64,000 nucleotides of DNA from a virus (Duplodnaviria; Caudoviricetes), in the IMG/VR virus record IMGVR_UViG_3300032123_000052, positions 64,001 through 128,000 of that record; one strand, given 5' to 3'. Made by a program: the position numbers and the translations under genes. A model generated the notes under the pieces. The model was not told where the DNA came from. It was given only the letters and a program-made list of their open reading frames with translations, and ran no database searches. This document shows positions 1 through 9,223 of the stretch, piece after piece (position 1 is the first letter of the stretch; each line of letters opens with the position of its first letter).

Positions 1-113
1 CTCCAGGGGGTGCTCAGCTTTGGTGGTCAGCATACCCTGACGAAACATCAGGTGTAAAGCTCTCATGCCTTATTTCACATATTAAAGTACAACTAAAGAT
101 AGAAAATTATGAG

Positions 114-340
114 TGATTTAGATCCGGATCGCCCAATTCCCGGAAAAGAGCGTAAGCGCCTTTCTGGGAGATGGGTCGACCGGATCTAAATCATGTAAGA
201 ATTTTTATAGCCAAGCATACCAGTGTCGTCACACTCGGACAAAATGACCCACAAGCTGTCAAGCCTGGCGTACGCGTCAGGCGGAGCCAGGCTTGCGTCT
301 TGTGGGTAAATGGTGTCCGAATGTGACTACACGGTATTGG
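114..340. ncRNA. Candidate structured non-coding element: two long imperfect hairpins (114-193, 211-340)
   Basis: TGATTTAGATCCGG (114-127) pairs perfectly with 180-193; second hairpin has CAAGCCTGGC/GCCAGGCTTG (260-269/286-295), ACCCACAAG/CTTGTGGGT (247-255/299-307), TCGGAC/GTCCGA and GTCACA/TGTGAC; no ORF in the track here. Confidence 0.5.
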
Positions 341-399
341 CGTGGCGTCAATATAAATCTTTTTCGCACCGACGAAACGTCGGTATTCATCTTGTACTT

Positions 400-1473
400 T
401 TAATCTTTTTGGCCACTATCAAGCAGCGTTTCAGCCACTTCTTTTTTTATGTCATCAAGAGTTGTCTCTTTGGAATCTGATTTATCTGCATCAGCACCGA
501 AATTAACAGCTATGTCTTTTTGGTCTTCAATGACTAATGGCATTGACTCTTCATATGTGTCGTCATTAACAGTAGTTTCTAATAATGCATTTCCAGCCAT
601 TTCCAACAATGACAAGCTTTCATTCGAGCCTTTTATTTTCGCTTGCTCTGATTTCATTGCCAACCCTCTTTTGATTGGTTCCATAATTTCGTCTTCAAAC
701 GATTTTGTTGATAGCAGCTCTGAGATGAATATATCTCTGCCGCCTGATTTCATTTTCTTATGAACCAAGTATATCTTGATTCCGAAAAATCCATCAAATT
801 TTAGGCTTTTGCCAGCCTCTCTTTCTTTAATAGCGTGTGCTACATTTAATAAATTCCAATACTTCGCAAGTGAAGACTCTATGCCAATTATTGTATTAAT
901 GGACCGTGTCTCGAACCGGTATGGGTTTGGAGCAAGATCGACAACCGGGAAGCATTTTAGCATTCCTAGAGGCTTGCATTTTTTAGATATGAAATCTGGG
1001 CACTTCTCATGTGTGCACCCTTTCTGTCCATCAAATAGCCGATCAATCCATAAACGATCACCGTCTGGTGAAAATGTTAATTGTCGCGCATTTGTGCCTT
1101 GGCCATGACTTTTACACATTAATCCTTCTGATGTTGAAAACATGGCAAGGCAACTATCCCACATTTCTTCTGGAGTTTTATAAAAGCTCACTAGTTCGAT
1201 GCGACGCGGCATTTTGTTATTTAAAGTTTTTTCTAACTTCTTTTGGATAGGTTCGTTTAAAATCCACCTTTTAATGACAACTTGTGTTTCTGTTGCTCCC
1301 GTACGAGTTGTCTCTGTAATTTCCTTTAACATTCTAAAGAAACCAGCAGCTATAGGGTAATTCTTTTTGTTAGGGCCTTCTCCGGGCGCATAACCTGCAG
1401 AAATTTTACCCCTGAATTTTTCAACCATATTGAGAACCCCATCTTGATTATGGGTCAATCCTTTAATCAACAT
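400..1473 (-). CDS. Recombination directionality factor-like (Gp3-like) phage protein
   Basis: GKISAG..P...FFR N-terminus, C-x4-CP-x6-CKPLGML Cys cluster and YRFETRSINT segment resemble the Gp3-like/RDF family; acidic C-terminus. Confidence 0.55.
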   Translation of the reverse strand: MLIKGLTHNQDGVLNMVEKFRGKISAGYAPGEGPNKKNYPIAAGFFRMLKEITETTRTGATETQVVIKRWILNEPIQKKLEKTLNNKMPRRIELVSFYKTPEEMWDSCLAMFSTSEGLMCKSHGQGTNARQLTFSPDGDRLWIDRLFDGQKGCTHEKCPDFISKKCKPLGMLKCFPVVDLAPNPYRFETRSINTIIGIESSLAKYWNLLNVAHAIKEREAGKSLKFDGFFGIKIYLVHKKMKSGGRDIFISELLSTKSFEDEIMEPIKRGLAMKSEQAKIKGSNESLSLLEMAGNALLETTVNDDTYEESMPLVIEDQKDIAVNFGADADKSDSKETTLDDIKKEVAETLLDSGQKD

Positions 1474-1484
1474 GTCCTCCTTAA

Positions 1485-2288
1485 TTAAAAATCTTCTGTT
1501 TGGCTTTGCGGCTTGGTGGCCACATCGCCATTTTCCTGATTGTCAGCGCCAGCTTCGATAACATCATCTTCCGGTTGAATTGTATCATCGCTCATGGCAG
1601 CGTCGGCAATGTTCTCCGCGTCACCATCTGATATAACCGTTCCATCGGGCCGTTGTCCTCCACTTGCAATTTCTTTCAATTGCTTCGGCTGGTTGGTTAC
1701 CGACTTGTCGGTCGGGCTGGCAGGAAAGATTGAATTGACTCTAAGAGATTCCCTGTTGTTATAGTAATCGTCAACAACCTCGACCATTACTTCGGATTTA
1801 AGGTTATGATCCTTCTTGAGTTTATAAGAATCGTCCTCTTTTTCGAATACCGGCAGGCAGTTTTCTATCAGCCACTCAGCTGTTGCTTTGATATCATCTT
1901 TACCATACAAGGCGACAAGCTGAGGTTTTGATATCCTCGCTATAGCTTCAACCGTTTCCGGTTTTGCCCCGGGCGCAGGTGCCAGTGTTATGTTGTGGAA
2001 CATTGATGCCCCTTTTGGAACAAGCTGAGTTCCATCAACGACCCTTAATGAGACAGTAAGCATGAGAGCTTTCTTTTTTGAACTCTCATACATGTTAGGA
2101 AATGATTTGAATTCATTGTCCTTTTGATAGCCAAATGTCGCAACCTTCATACGGTAACGGCCTGAAATTGCTAAATCAACTCTCTGCTGAGAATCAGCTT
2201 TACTGAAACTATCTTCAACAGCGTTTGCACCTTCTTTACCGTGCTTATTAAAGAATTCAAGCACATTCTTCTGACCAGAATCGTCCAT
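1485..2288 (-). CDS. Putative single-stranded DNA-binding protein
   Basis: Lies in the replication cluster; long acidic tail ending QTEDF, like phage SSB tails; GGAGG RBS upstream. Confidence 0.4.
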   Translation of the reverse strand: MDDSGQKNVLEFFNKHGKEGANAVEDSFSKADSQQRVDLAISGRYRMKVATFGYQKDNEFKSFPNMYESSKKKALMLTVSLRVVDGTQLVPKGASMFHNITLAPAPGAKPETVEAIARISKPQLVALYGKDDIKATAEWLIENCLPVFEKEDDSYKLKKDHNLKSEVMVEVVDDYYNNRESLRVNSIFPASPTDKSVTNQPKQLKEIASGGQRPDGTVISDGDAENIADAAMSDDTIQPEDDVIEAGADNQENGDVATKPQSQTEDF

Positions 2289-2320
2289 TAATTCCTCCGA
2301 AAAAGAAATTTAACCACTAC

Positions 2321-2335
2321 ATTATAGTTATTACA
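2321..2335 (-). promoter_or_regulatory. Candidate promoter motif TG[T/A]AATAAC-TAT[A/T][A/T]T (also 27734-27748, 62354-62368)
   Basis: Three near-identical intergenic 15-mers ending in a -10-like hexamer, all on the minus strand. Confidence 0.45.
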
Positions 2336-2355
2336 AAAATAGATTATTAATCACA

Positions 2356-3057
2356 TTAAAATGGAAGGTCATCCTCCATTAACCAGTCTTCGTTACTCAT
2401 TTGTACCGGGTCGCTTTCGACATCATCATATTTGGCGATTTCCCCTTTTACATCTTCTTTTTTTACAATAATACCATCGAGGTATATAATATTAATTGGG
2501 TCAAGAACCCTTTTGTTATGATCTCTGCGCCACATTCCATATTGTATTTTTATCAGATCCATTTCGAGAACAATCTGCACTGGATCAAAAATACTAAATT
2601 TATCAAGCAAATCCTGTGGAACTGGATCTGGGTGGAGCTGTTGATACACCTCTTTGTCTGTCGGCATCAGTTTTTTTATCATAAATCTCTGAAGCCAATC
2701 TCCCCTTTTATTTGCATTTATATCAAATATGGAATGGTTGCACATAAAGGCTTTTAGCCCAAGTGTTTTGTCGATCATTATATCAAGTATTTTTTCTATG
2801 TTACTTTCTATTTTATAAAATGAAATTAAAAAAATACTATACTGCGCTTTAAGGTCATCAGCCTTAACGCATAATTTTTTTCTCAAGAAAAAACCTAAAG
2901 CTTCTTCTACCCTTTTGGCCTCCCAGGTTCCCCAATCAATATCATCCTGTCTGTTGATTCGGTTTGCTATTTTGGATATGCTTCCGGACGCCCTCAAGCA
3001 TTTGAGCGTCTGATTCATTCCCTGGATTTTCGAGTACATCTGAAAGTTTTCTGTCAT
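2356..3057 (-). CDS. Hypothetical protein with SSB-like acidic C-terminal tip (MEDDLPF)
   Basis: 233-aa ORF whose 5' end overlaps the primase-helicase 3' end (start uncertain); ends DDLPF. Confidence 0.6.
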   Translation of the reverse strand: MTENFQMYSKIQGMNQTLKCLRASGSISKIANRINRQDDIDWGTWEAKRVEEALGFFLRKKLCVKADDLKAQYSIFLISFYKIESNIEKILDIMIDKTLGLKAFMCNHSIFDINANKRGDWLQRFMIKKLMPTDKEVYQQLHPDPVPQDLLDKFSIFDPVQIVLEMDLIKIQYGMWRRDHNKRVLDPINIIYLDGIIVKKEDVKGEIAKYDDVESDPVQMSNEDWLMEDDLPF

Positions 3058-6000
3058 TACTTGCCTCTATCATATCTTTTAGCCATTCGTTGAATGCGGC
3101 AGTTTTCCTATACAGGCTTTTAACCCTGATAAGGCATTTTCTTGCCACCAATGTATTTATTAATTTTGGAAGTCCATGGTTAATAGAGACTCTTGTTGTT
3201 CTCATCCTGTCGCTTCTGGCATCTACCATGGCAAGCTGACCTTCCCACACACGTTGTAGATAATCTGCGAATATTTGTTGAATAGTTTTATCTGAAAATT
3301 CATCTTCAAGAAGCAAAGAGCTTGGCTCTATGTACTTGATAATATTTTCCATAAATTCCATGTTGCCAAGTTTTTCTTGGCTCCGTTGTTGCTTTGAGTA
3401 TATATCCAATCCCATATTTCTATGACAATACAGGCGAATTAAAAGATTTACGATAAAATCAACATGTTTTTTTGTAACATATACTTTTTCCCAATCATCC
3501 TCTACGGTTGAATAACACATTACCGCAAGTGATTTTGCCATTCTTGCAACCTTTAATCTGGTTTCCTGGTTGATAAGTTGGGTGCTTGAATGAAACATTG
3601 AAAGTAGTTTTTTTTGACCTTCATTAATATGGGTCTCTATTCCATTTTCATATTCATATTGATTGGCTTTTCTTGACTTCCCCCACATCAACAAATATCT
3701 ACATTGAAAAGAAGTGAATTCGGTTGTCGGCTGCCTATAGCTATCTTCTAATTTTTCAGCATCAACATCATCGGCCTTTACTATCCATGCAATGTCGAAG
3801 CGAGACAATATTTCATCTTTAAGGCACAGGTTTTTAAGAAAACTCATACCGCTTCCAAATGATGCCGCCTTATCACTTGTCCACGCCCTTGCGTTTGACA
3901 GCATTATTTTTGCTGTTCTTGCTGGTGCCTTCTTTTTTATATTAACCATAGATATATCAACAATACCGTCTGATCTTGACCCGGTTAAATCACTGAGCGT
4001 ATCTGGACTCACCATGTTTAGCTCATCAAATATAACACAACCACCATCATTCATAGGCAATTTGCCCCATGACACTGTGGGCTTTCCTCTTATAAATGCT
4101 ATACCGCCCATCAACCCTGGTCGGGTTACTGCGCTTGACCCAGAAATCATTTCACCATATTTATAATAATTCATCAAAAACCTACTGATGAGAGTTTTGC
4201 AACACCTAGTGTCTCCACCGATAAGAACTTCTACCCAGCCCCGTTTGAGATTTGGAAAAAGCTTTTTATTATCTATCTCTGCCGACGAAAAGAATGCAAG
4301 GTCATTTAGCAGAAACATATTTCGCCTTCCGGTAACACCAGCCGCATGAGCAAGCACATCGTACCGCCTGCCAAGACTCATTTCTATTGATTCTTCTGGC
4401 AGTGGTCTAAATATTTTTAACATATCATGAACCTCTTGGTCCATGGTAAAATTCTCAACTGAAGTTGCAATAGGCTCTGTTTTATAGATATATAAAACTG
4501 CGTGCTGCAATTGTGATGATGACGCCTGTACCCCAGTAAACCTGTAAGATTTGTTTACGTATATATCCATATCTCCAAGAATATACGCATCCATTTCTAT
4601 TGCAGTGCTTTCGGCAGACCCGTCAGTTACAACACCGTCGTATTCCGACACATCTCTTACCAACCTAACGCGCAATATCTTTTTAGGAGTTGTGGTTCTT
4701 ATTTTTGCCATCTGGCATGACGGATTTATCCCACACAACTGTTTAAGCACTTTTTCTTTTTGAGCCTTAGTGCACTCAATTAGACTTAACACCTCAGTCG
4801 CTGTAACACTCACACAGCCAGGGTATCCGATATATTCTTTAGGAATATCACCTCTTATGAGAAAAAAGTCTGTATAATCCTTTTCTCTGAATTCTGGTAT
4901 AATAGGAACTTTACATCTTTTGCACGCCCCGTATAGTTTGCAGCTTGGGTCGCCAGTCTGAGGGCAGCTTACAGAAAATTGATCAGGATATTGGTACGCG
5001 CTGTCATTAAATTCACCAACGGCGGCAACTACTTCAAGCTCCCGTGACTCGTCTGATGAATAATACTTAGTCATGCGGCTTTCCTGCAATGTGACTTTGT
5101 AGAGGGTTTTTTGTACCCTGTTAAGATTTTCAGTATATGCATCTGTGTTTTTAATTAATCCCAGAAATTTTTTTACCGCTTCTTCTCCGAATCCGTTTTT
5201 GTGCATGAAATCAGTGAAGTCTGTTTCATCTCGTTTCATTTTCTTCTTGCCTTTTGCATTGACAACTTCATGCTCCAGGGTCGGATCAATCCCGAACGGA
5301 TTGATTGAAGATTGGTCCAGGTTGATTATTTTAATCTGTTTCGCAAATGGATACAGCGATTTCGCCAGCTTCAGCGCTCCTGTTTTTCCAGTATCATCGG
5401 CGTCCAGGCAGATAACAATCTCCTTATCGGTGAAGAGCTGCTTTGCCCTTTCCCGACCAAACACCTTTACTACATCAGTATTTCGCTCTGCCCCCATGGT
5501 TACAGCATTCTTGAAACCAAAACCGATGGCACAGTATGTATCCGGTTCTCCGCCGAAGAAGACGAGGGTGTTGTTGGTGAAATTAACCATCGGCGTAGGG
5601 CATATCTCCCGCCCTTTATGCCTGAACTGCCATTTGAAACGCCTATCCTTATTGAACGGGTCATACACCTTCATATTGAGAAGATCGCCGTCGGCGTTAA
5701 TGATTGGGAAGACGATCCTGCGCCGTTCATCGAGGCCGATACGGAGCGATTTAATCATGGCCTCATCTATTTTCCGGTTATCCTCCAGGTACTTCATTCG
5801 ATCTTCATCTTTCAGGAGTCGGTCAACACAATCATCCAACTCTTTCATTGGAATGGCTGCGGTATCCTTCGCCATAGCAACCAGCTCATCGCGGAGTACG
5901 TAGTTGCCCTGGCCCTTTTCTTTCCTTAACGCTTCGAGTTTAGCATAGAACTTTTTTAAATCCTCATAATACTCAAAACACTTAGGATCATCAAAACTTT

Positions 6001-6367
6001 CTGCGAAAGGAACGGCATAACTTGATTTAGTCATTTCGAGGAAATCAATTATGAAGTCATGGTAGTGGTCACCGTAATGGCCGCCTTTGATATAGTCAGT
6101 CCAGTAGGATTGGAAGTTGCCTTTGATGTCGCAGGTATGGCATCTCCATTGGCCGGTTCTTTCATTTAACGACAAAGAGGCGTGAGAGTCTACACCGCCG
6201 GTGTGGCCAGATTCATTCCAGCAGTGAAAATTCTTGTTACCGCCTTCCCTCCAGCCAAGGCGTTTGTACAAGTCGCGGTACTGACCTTCCATCAGCATGT
6301 CTGCTGAGGCAAATAATGTTTTTAATTGAGCTTTGCTTAGCTTGTACTTGGAAGGCAAATTTATCAA
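2942..6367 (-). CDS. Primase-helicase: Zn-binding domain + TOPRIM + MCM-family AAA+ helicase
   Basis: FHCW..H...WRCHTC Zn finger; TOPRIM-like GEPD and ICLDADDTG; MCM motifs: Walker A variant GGDTRCCKT, Walker B VIFDELN, arginine finger ILSRFDI. Confidence 0.85.
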   Translation of the reverse strand: MINLPSKYKLSKAQLKTLFASADMLMEGQYRDLYKRLGWREGGNKNFHCWNESGHTGGVDSHASLSLNERTGQWRCHTCDIKGNFQSYWTDYIKGGHYGDHYHDFIIDFLEMTKSSYAVPFAESFDDPKCFEYYEDLKKFYAKLEALRKEKGQGNYVLRDELVAMAKDTAAIPMKELDDCVDRLLKDEDRMKYLEDNRKIDEAMIKSLRIGLDERRRIVFPIINADGDLLNMKVYDPFNKDRRFKWQFRHKGREICPTPMVNFTNNTLVFFGGEPDTYCAIGFGFKNAVTMGAERNTDVVKVFGRERAKQLFTDKEIVICLDADDTGKTGALKLAKSLYPFAKQIKIINLDQSSINPFGIDPTLEHEVVNAKGKKKMKRDETDFTDFMHKNGFGEEAVKKFLGLIKNTDAYTENLNRVQKTLYKVTLQESRMTKYYSSDESRELEVVAAVGEFNDSAYQYPDQFSVSCPQTGDPSCKLYGACKRCKVPIIPEFREKDYTDFFLIRGDIPKEYIGYPGCVSVTATEVLSLIECTKAQKEKVLKQLCGINPSCQMAKIRTTTPKKILRVRLVRDVSEYDGVVTDGSAESTAIEMDAYILGDMDIYVNKSYRFTGVQASSSQLQHAVLYIYKTEPIATSVENFTMDQEVHDMLKIFRPLPEESIEMSLGRRYDVLAHAAGVTGRRNMFLLNDLAFFSSAEIDNKKLFPNLKRGWVEVLIGGDTRCCKTLISRFLMNYYKYGEMISGSSAVTRPGLMGGIAFIRGKPTVSWGKLPMNDGGCVIFDELNMVSPDTLSDLTGSRSDGIVDISMVNIKKKAPARTAKIMLSNARAWTSDKAASFGSGMSFLKNLCLKDEILSRFDIAWIVKADDVDAEKLEDSYRQPTTEFTSFQCRYLLMWGKSRKANQYEYENGIETHINEGQKKLLSMFHSSTQLINQETRLKVARMAKSLAVMCYSTVEDDWEKVYVTKKHVDFIVNLLIRLYCHRNMGLDIYSKQQRSQEKLGNMEFMENIIKYIEPSSLLLEDEFSDKTIQQIFADYLQRVWEGQLAMVDARSDRMRTTRVSINHGLPKLINTLVARKCLIRVKSLYRKTAAFNEWLKDMIEASNDRKLSDVLENPGNESDAQMLEGVRKHIQNSKPNQQTG

Positions 6368-6532
6368 CTCCTTGTTTTAAATAATGTTATTTTTTTATTG
6401 TGTAGGCAAATTATATATTATAATTAAGACTGGGGCTGCAGTCTGTTAAGGGTAAAAGTTCTTATAAAAGTCCATTATTTTAATTGATGGAAGCAGTCAC
6501 TTAGAAACTTTTTCCAAATACACAGTTTAAAT

Positions 6533-6579
6533 AAAAAAAAAGAAGCTCTAATCAGGGAAGATAAGAGCTTCTTTTTTTT
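6533..6579. terminator. Bidirectional intrinsic terminator
   Basis: A8-AGAAGCTCT / AGAGCTTC-T8 inverted repeat between 6584..6871 and the primase-helicase. Confidence 0.75.
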
Positions 6580-6583
6580 ATCG

Positions 6584-6871
6584 CTAGTCTTCGGGAGTGA
6601 TGTCGCTGAGGTTTGGCCCGGAATTGCCGTCAAGTGCCTCAGTTTCTTCATCACATTTCTTATCACCAACCCTTTGCTGCTTCATCATGGTTGGTTTAAC
6701 TTCAATGTTGCCACTTCGTTTTTTATCGACTACAAATGTGCCGATACATTGCTCTTTAATAAAAAAACCGACTTCGGAACGATTGCCAAAACCGGGCACC
6801 TCTCTGATGTCCAACTGTATTCCGTTGGACATTACATGTGAGTAGACAGCAGTACCAACTTGATTACTCAT
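6584..6871 (-). CDS. Hypothetical protein
   Basis: 95-aa ORF with upstream GGGTGG RBS-like site, followed by a terminator. Confidence 0.6.
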   Translation of the reverse strand: MSNQVGTAVYSHVMSNGIQLDIREVPGFGNRSEVGFFIKEQCIGTFVVDKKRSGNIEVKPTMMKQQRVGDKKCDEETEALDGNSGPNLSDITPED

Positions 6872-7108
6872 AAGCCACCCTTTTTTAGAGATTAAAAATT
6901 TAACGTACTAAACAAATTAAAGCGTGGAGACATGAATGTCAACACATAAATGTAGTGTTTAAATTTACATAGAGAGAAAAAAAATTTCTTCTCCAGACTA
7001 ATTTAAGCGCTTCGATATCTACCAATTGTACTTACGGTTGATGGTATCCACAAGGCGTTGTGGCACTATATATTGTGGCCCTTTATATAAATCATCCAAC
7101 TTAATATT

Positions 7109-7648
7109 TTACCCTTCTATTTCCAGCCCTAAGAGGCCCATATTTTTTATCATTTTTATTAACACCTCCGCATTCCCTACAGAATCGTCGACGGGATTAT
7201 GGGTATGCTTCGTTTCTCGCATCTTTTTGAACCCACGATTCTTCATATTCAATTTTATACCCCTGAAGATGTCCTGTAGATTTCTCGAGGTCCACCCAAA
7301 CGGATCTTTGCCGAGAAAATGCATGAAGTACCAGTGGGTGAACATGAAATCAAAACCGTTGTTATCGGAAAAGAACATCGGTCTGGTGTTCTCTTTATTA
7401 TTTTCATTTACCCATTCATTAAATAAGCACATTGCTTGGTCCGGGTTGTGATGGAAGTTTTTAGTCTCTTCTCTCGTTTTTCCAATTGATGACAGTGCTG
7501 ATAGATTAAATCTATCTGTCATTGGTTTTATATCGACATAAAAAGTATTATCAAGATTCTCTGTGAGCTTAACAGCACCAATTTCTATCATGCTGTAATC
7601 CCCGGGTATAGGGCCGTCTGTCTCGATATCAACCATAAAGGCACTCAT
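7109..7648 (-). CDS. DEDDh 3'-5' exonuclease (DnaQ/RNase T-like; Rv2179c-like)
   Basis: ExoI VDIETDG, ExoII DNNGFDFMF, ExoIII HNPVDDSVGNA. Confidence 0.85.
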   Translation of the reverse strand: MSAFMVDIETDGPIPGDYSMIEIGAVKLTENLDNTFYVDIKPMTDRFNLSALSSIGKTREETKNFHHNPDQAMCLFNEWVNENNKENTRPMFFSDNNGFDFMFTHWYFMHFLGKDPFGWTSRNLQDIFRGIKLNMKNRGFKKMRETKHTHNPVDDSVGNAEVLIKMIKNMGLLGLEIEG

Positions 7649-7974
7649 TGCTTATTCCTCACACCATCAACAACGGACTTCTTATCTCGCTTCCGCTCTT
7701 CTTCAATTTTTTTACGATCATCACTGTTGACAGCAACAGGGAACAGTTTGTCACATTCATTGCATATAACTTTATTGCAATCATCGTTAATACAAAAGAA
7801 ATGATCACACTCTTTTTTTCCATTTGTGAGCATATCGGTAATATAATCGACACAAACATCTATCCCAATTGCATTATCCAGTTTGGGAACTATTTTATCC
7901 AGCAGCCTTAAGAGTTCAGCCATCTGGATATCACTGGCATTTTCATCATATAATATAATTGCCTTCTTTGACAT
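7645..7974 (-). CDS. Hypothetical protein, possible Zn ribbon
   Basis: 109 aa, CDHFFC..C..CNEC Cys cluster; 4-bp overlap with the exonuclease start. Confidence 0.6.
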   Translation of the reverse strand: MSKKAIILYDENASDIQMAELLRLLDKIVPKLDNAIGIDVCVDYITDMLTNGKKECDHFFCINDDCNKVICNECDKLFPVAVNSDDRKKIEEERKRDKKSVVDGVRNKQ

Positions 7975-8337
7975 TTAATTTTTATTTTCCTTTGGGTAAA
8001 AAGTGAGCCCAGAATTGATAATTTCACTGGTTGCTTTTTTAAATTTCCCCAAACAGTGAACACACATATAGCACTCTGGTTTGATTTCAGGATCAAGCAT
8101 TAAAGATGATTCAAGTACATGTTCACCATTATTGTTTCCGGGGCATTTGTTTTTATTATCGAGCAAATCTATAAAAGTTACACCTATTGGCATAATCTTT
8201 TTAGACAGTTTTTTTGCAACTATTTCAACTGTTTTATACACAGAGGCCCACTCTTCTTTTTTAAGGCTAAGTACCGATTGGATCACTACTGCCGGATTGC
8301 TCATTTTCTCAGCATATTTTAATAATTCATTGCCCAT
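7975..8337 (-). CDS. Hypothetical protein (start revised from 8415 to 8337)
   Basis: GGAGG RBS precedes ATG at 8337; a GAGGGGC/GCCCCTC hairpin (8365-8383) lies in the longer 5' extension; CYMCVHC motif. Confidence 0.55.
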   Translation of the reverse strand: MGNELLKYAEKMSNPAVVIQSVLSLKKEEWASVYKTVEIVAKKLSKKIMPIGVTFIDLLDNKNKCPGNNNGEHVLESSLMLDPEIKPECYMCVHCLGKFKKATSEIINSGLTFYPKENKN

Positions 8338-8457
8338 ATTGCCCTCCGTATAGATAAAAAATGTGAGGGGCAGAGCGCCCCTCACGAACCTCACAAACAT
8401 AAAACCAGTTACCATCTTATACGTAGAAAATAGAATGATAGCATGGTTTCCCCCTTT

Positions 8458-9057
8458 CTATTGAGGATCGGCTAAAATTGCCCCATCCTCCCGAATTGTT
8501 TCTTCATTGGCCGCATCAGGGTTGCGCCATCTGTTTTGGCTTTTTTTCTTGTTCCGCCTGTCTTCGAACCACACTTGCTGTATAACCGCGGAACATACCA
8601 TGGAACCTTTATAATTGGTTACAAGAAATTTTTCCCCACCTTCCATAGTAACAATGATGGAGCATCCGCTTTTTAATACTATTACTGAATCAATGTACCC
8701 CGGCCCTTTGCCAAAATCCACTATATTCAATCTCCCAAATACCTGAAACCACTTGCCCTTAACGTGCCTGGCGGGTTCTGCGCAGGATGTATTTATCCTT
8801 AGCAACACAGAGCTGCTTTGATGGTCGGTATGCATGAGTACATACCTTTCGATGCTTGGCGAGATGCCAGCAAACGCATTTAATATTATGTTGTCTTGCA
8901 CAACTGGAGTGTCGTCCTTGCTAACTTCTAATCTACAAGCTTTACACCTTTCTTCTGGGTTGCTTCCTAACTGTCCCAAAAAAATATGTAGGCCGCCCTG
9001 GGTATTAACCTGTATACCCTCATGAAGTTGGCCGTGGACGAAGGTAAAACATTTCAT
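8458..9057 (-). CDS. Hypothetical protein
   Basis: 199-aa ORF with AAGGAG RBS, divergent from the RNA polymerase gene. Confidence 0.6.
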   Translation of the reverse strand: MKCFTFVHGQLHEGIQVNTQGGLHIFLGQLGSNPEERCKACRLEVSKDDTPVVQDNIILNAFAGISPSIERYVLMHTDHQSSSVLLRINTSCAEPARHVKGKWFQVFGRLNIVDFGKGPGYIDSVIVLKSGCSIIVTMEGGEKFLVTNYKGSMVCSAVIQQVWFEDRRNKKKSQNRWRNPDAANEETIREDGAILADPQ

Positions 9058-9223
9058 ATATGCTCCTTTACACGAAAAGGTTGTGAAAACAGTTAATTGG
9101 GAAATAACATCTTCTGTAATTGTTATGTCAGATTTTTTGCAATAATCACATTAGGCGTTTGTCGCAATCACACATTAATGTTATATTATCTATATACCCT
9201 CGTTTTCATTTTCCTAATCAAGG

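Noticed and set aside
30-60. Hammerhead ribozyme (CTGACGA plus GAAAC)
   Set aside because: The two core elements overlap instead of flanking stem II; better explained as a simple hairpin
260-295. GCCTGGC/GCCAGGC stem shared with the retron-like RNA (24568-24594)
   Set aside because: Only 7 bp, the arms are in opposite order, and flanks do not match
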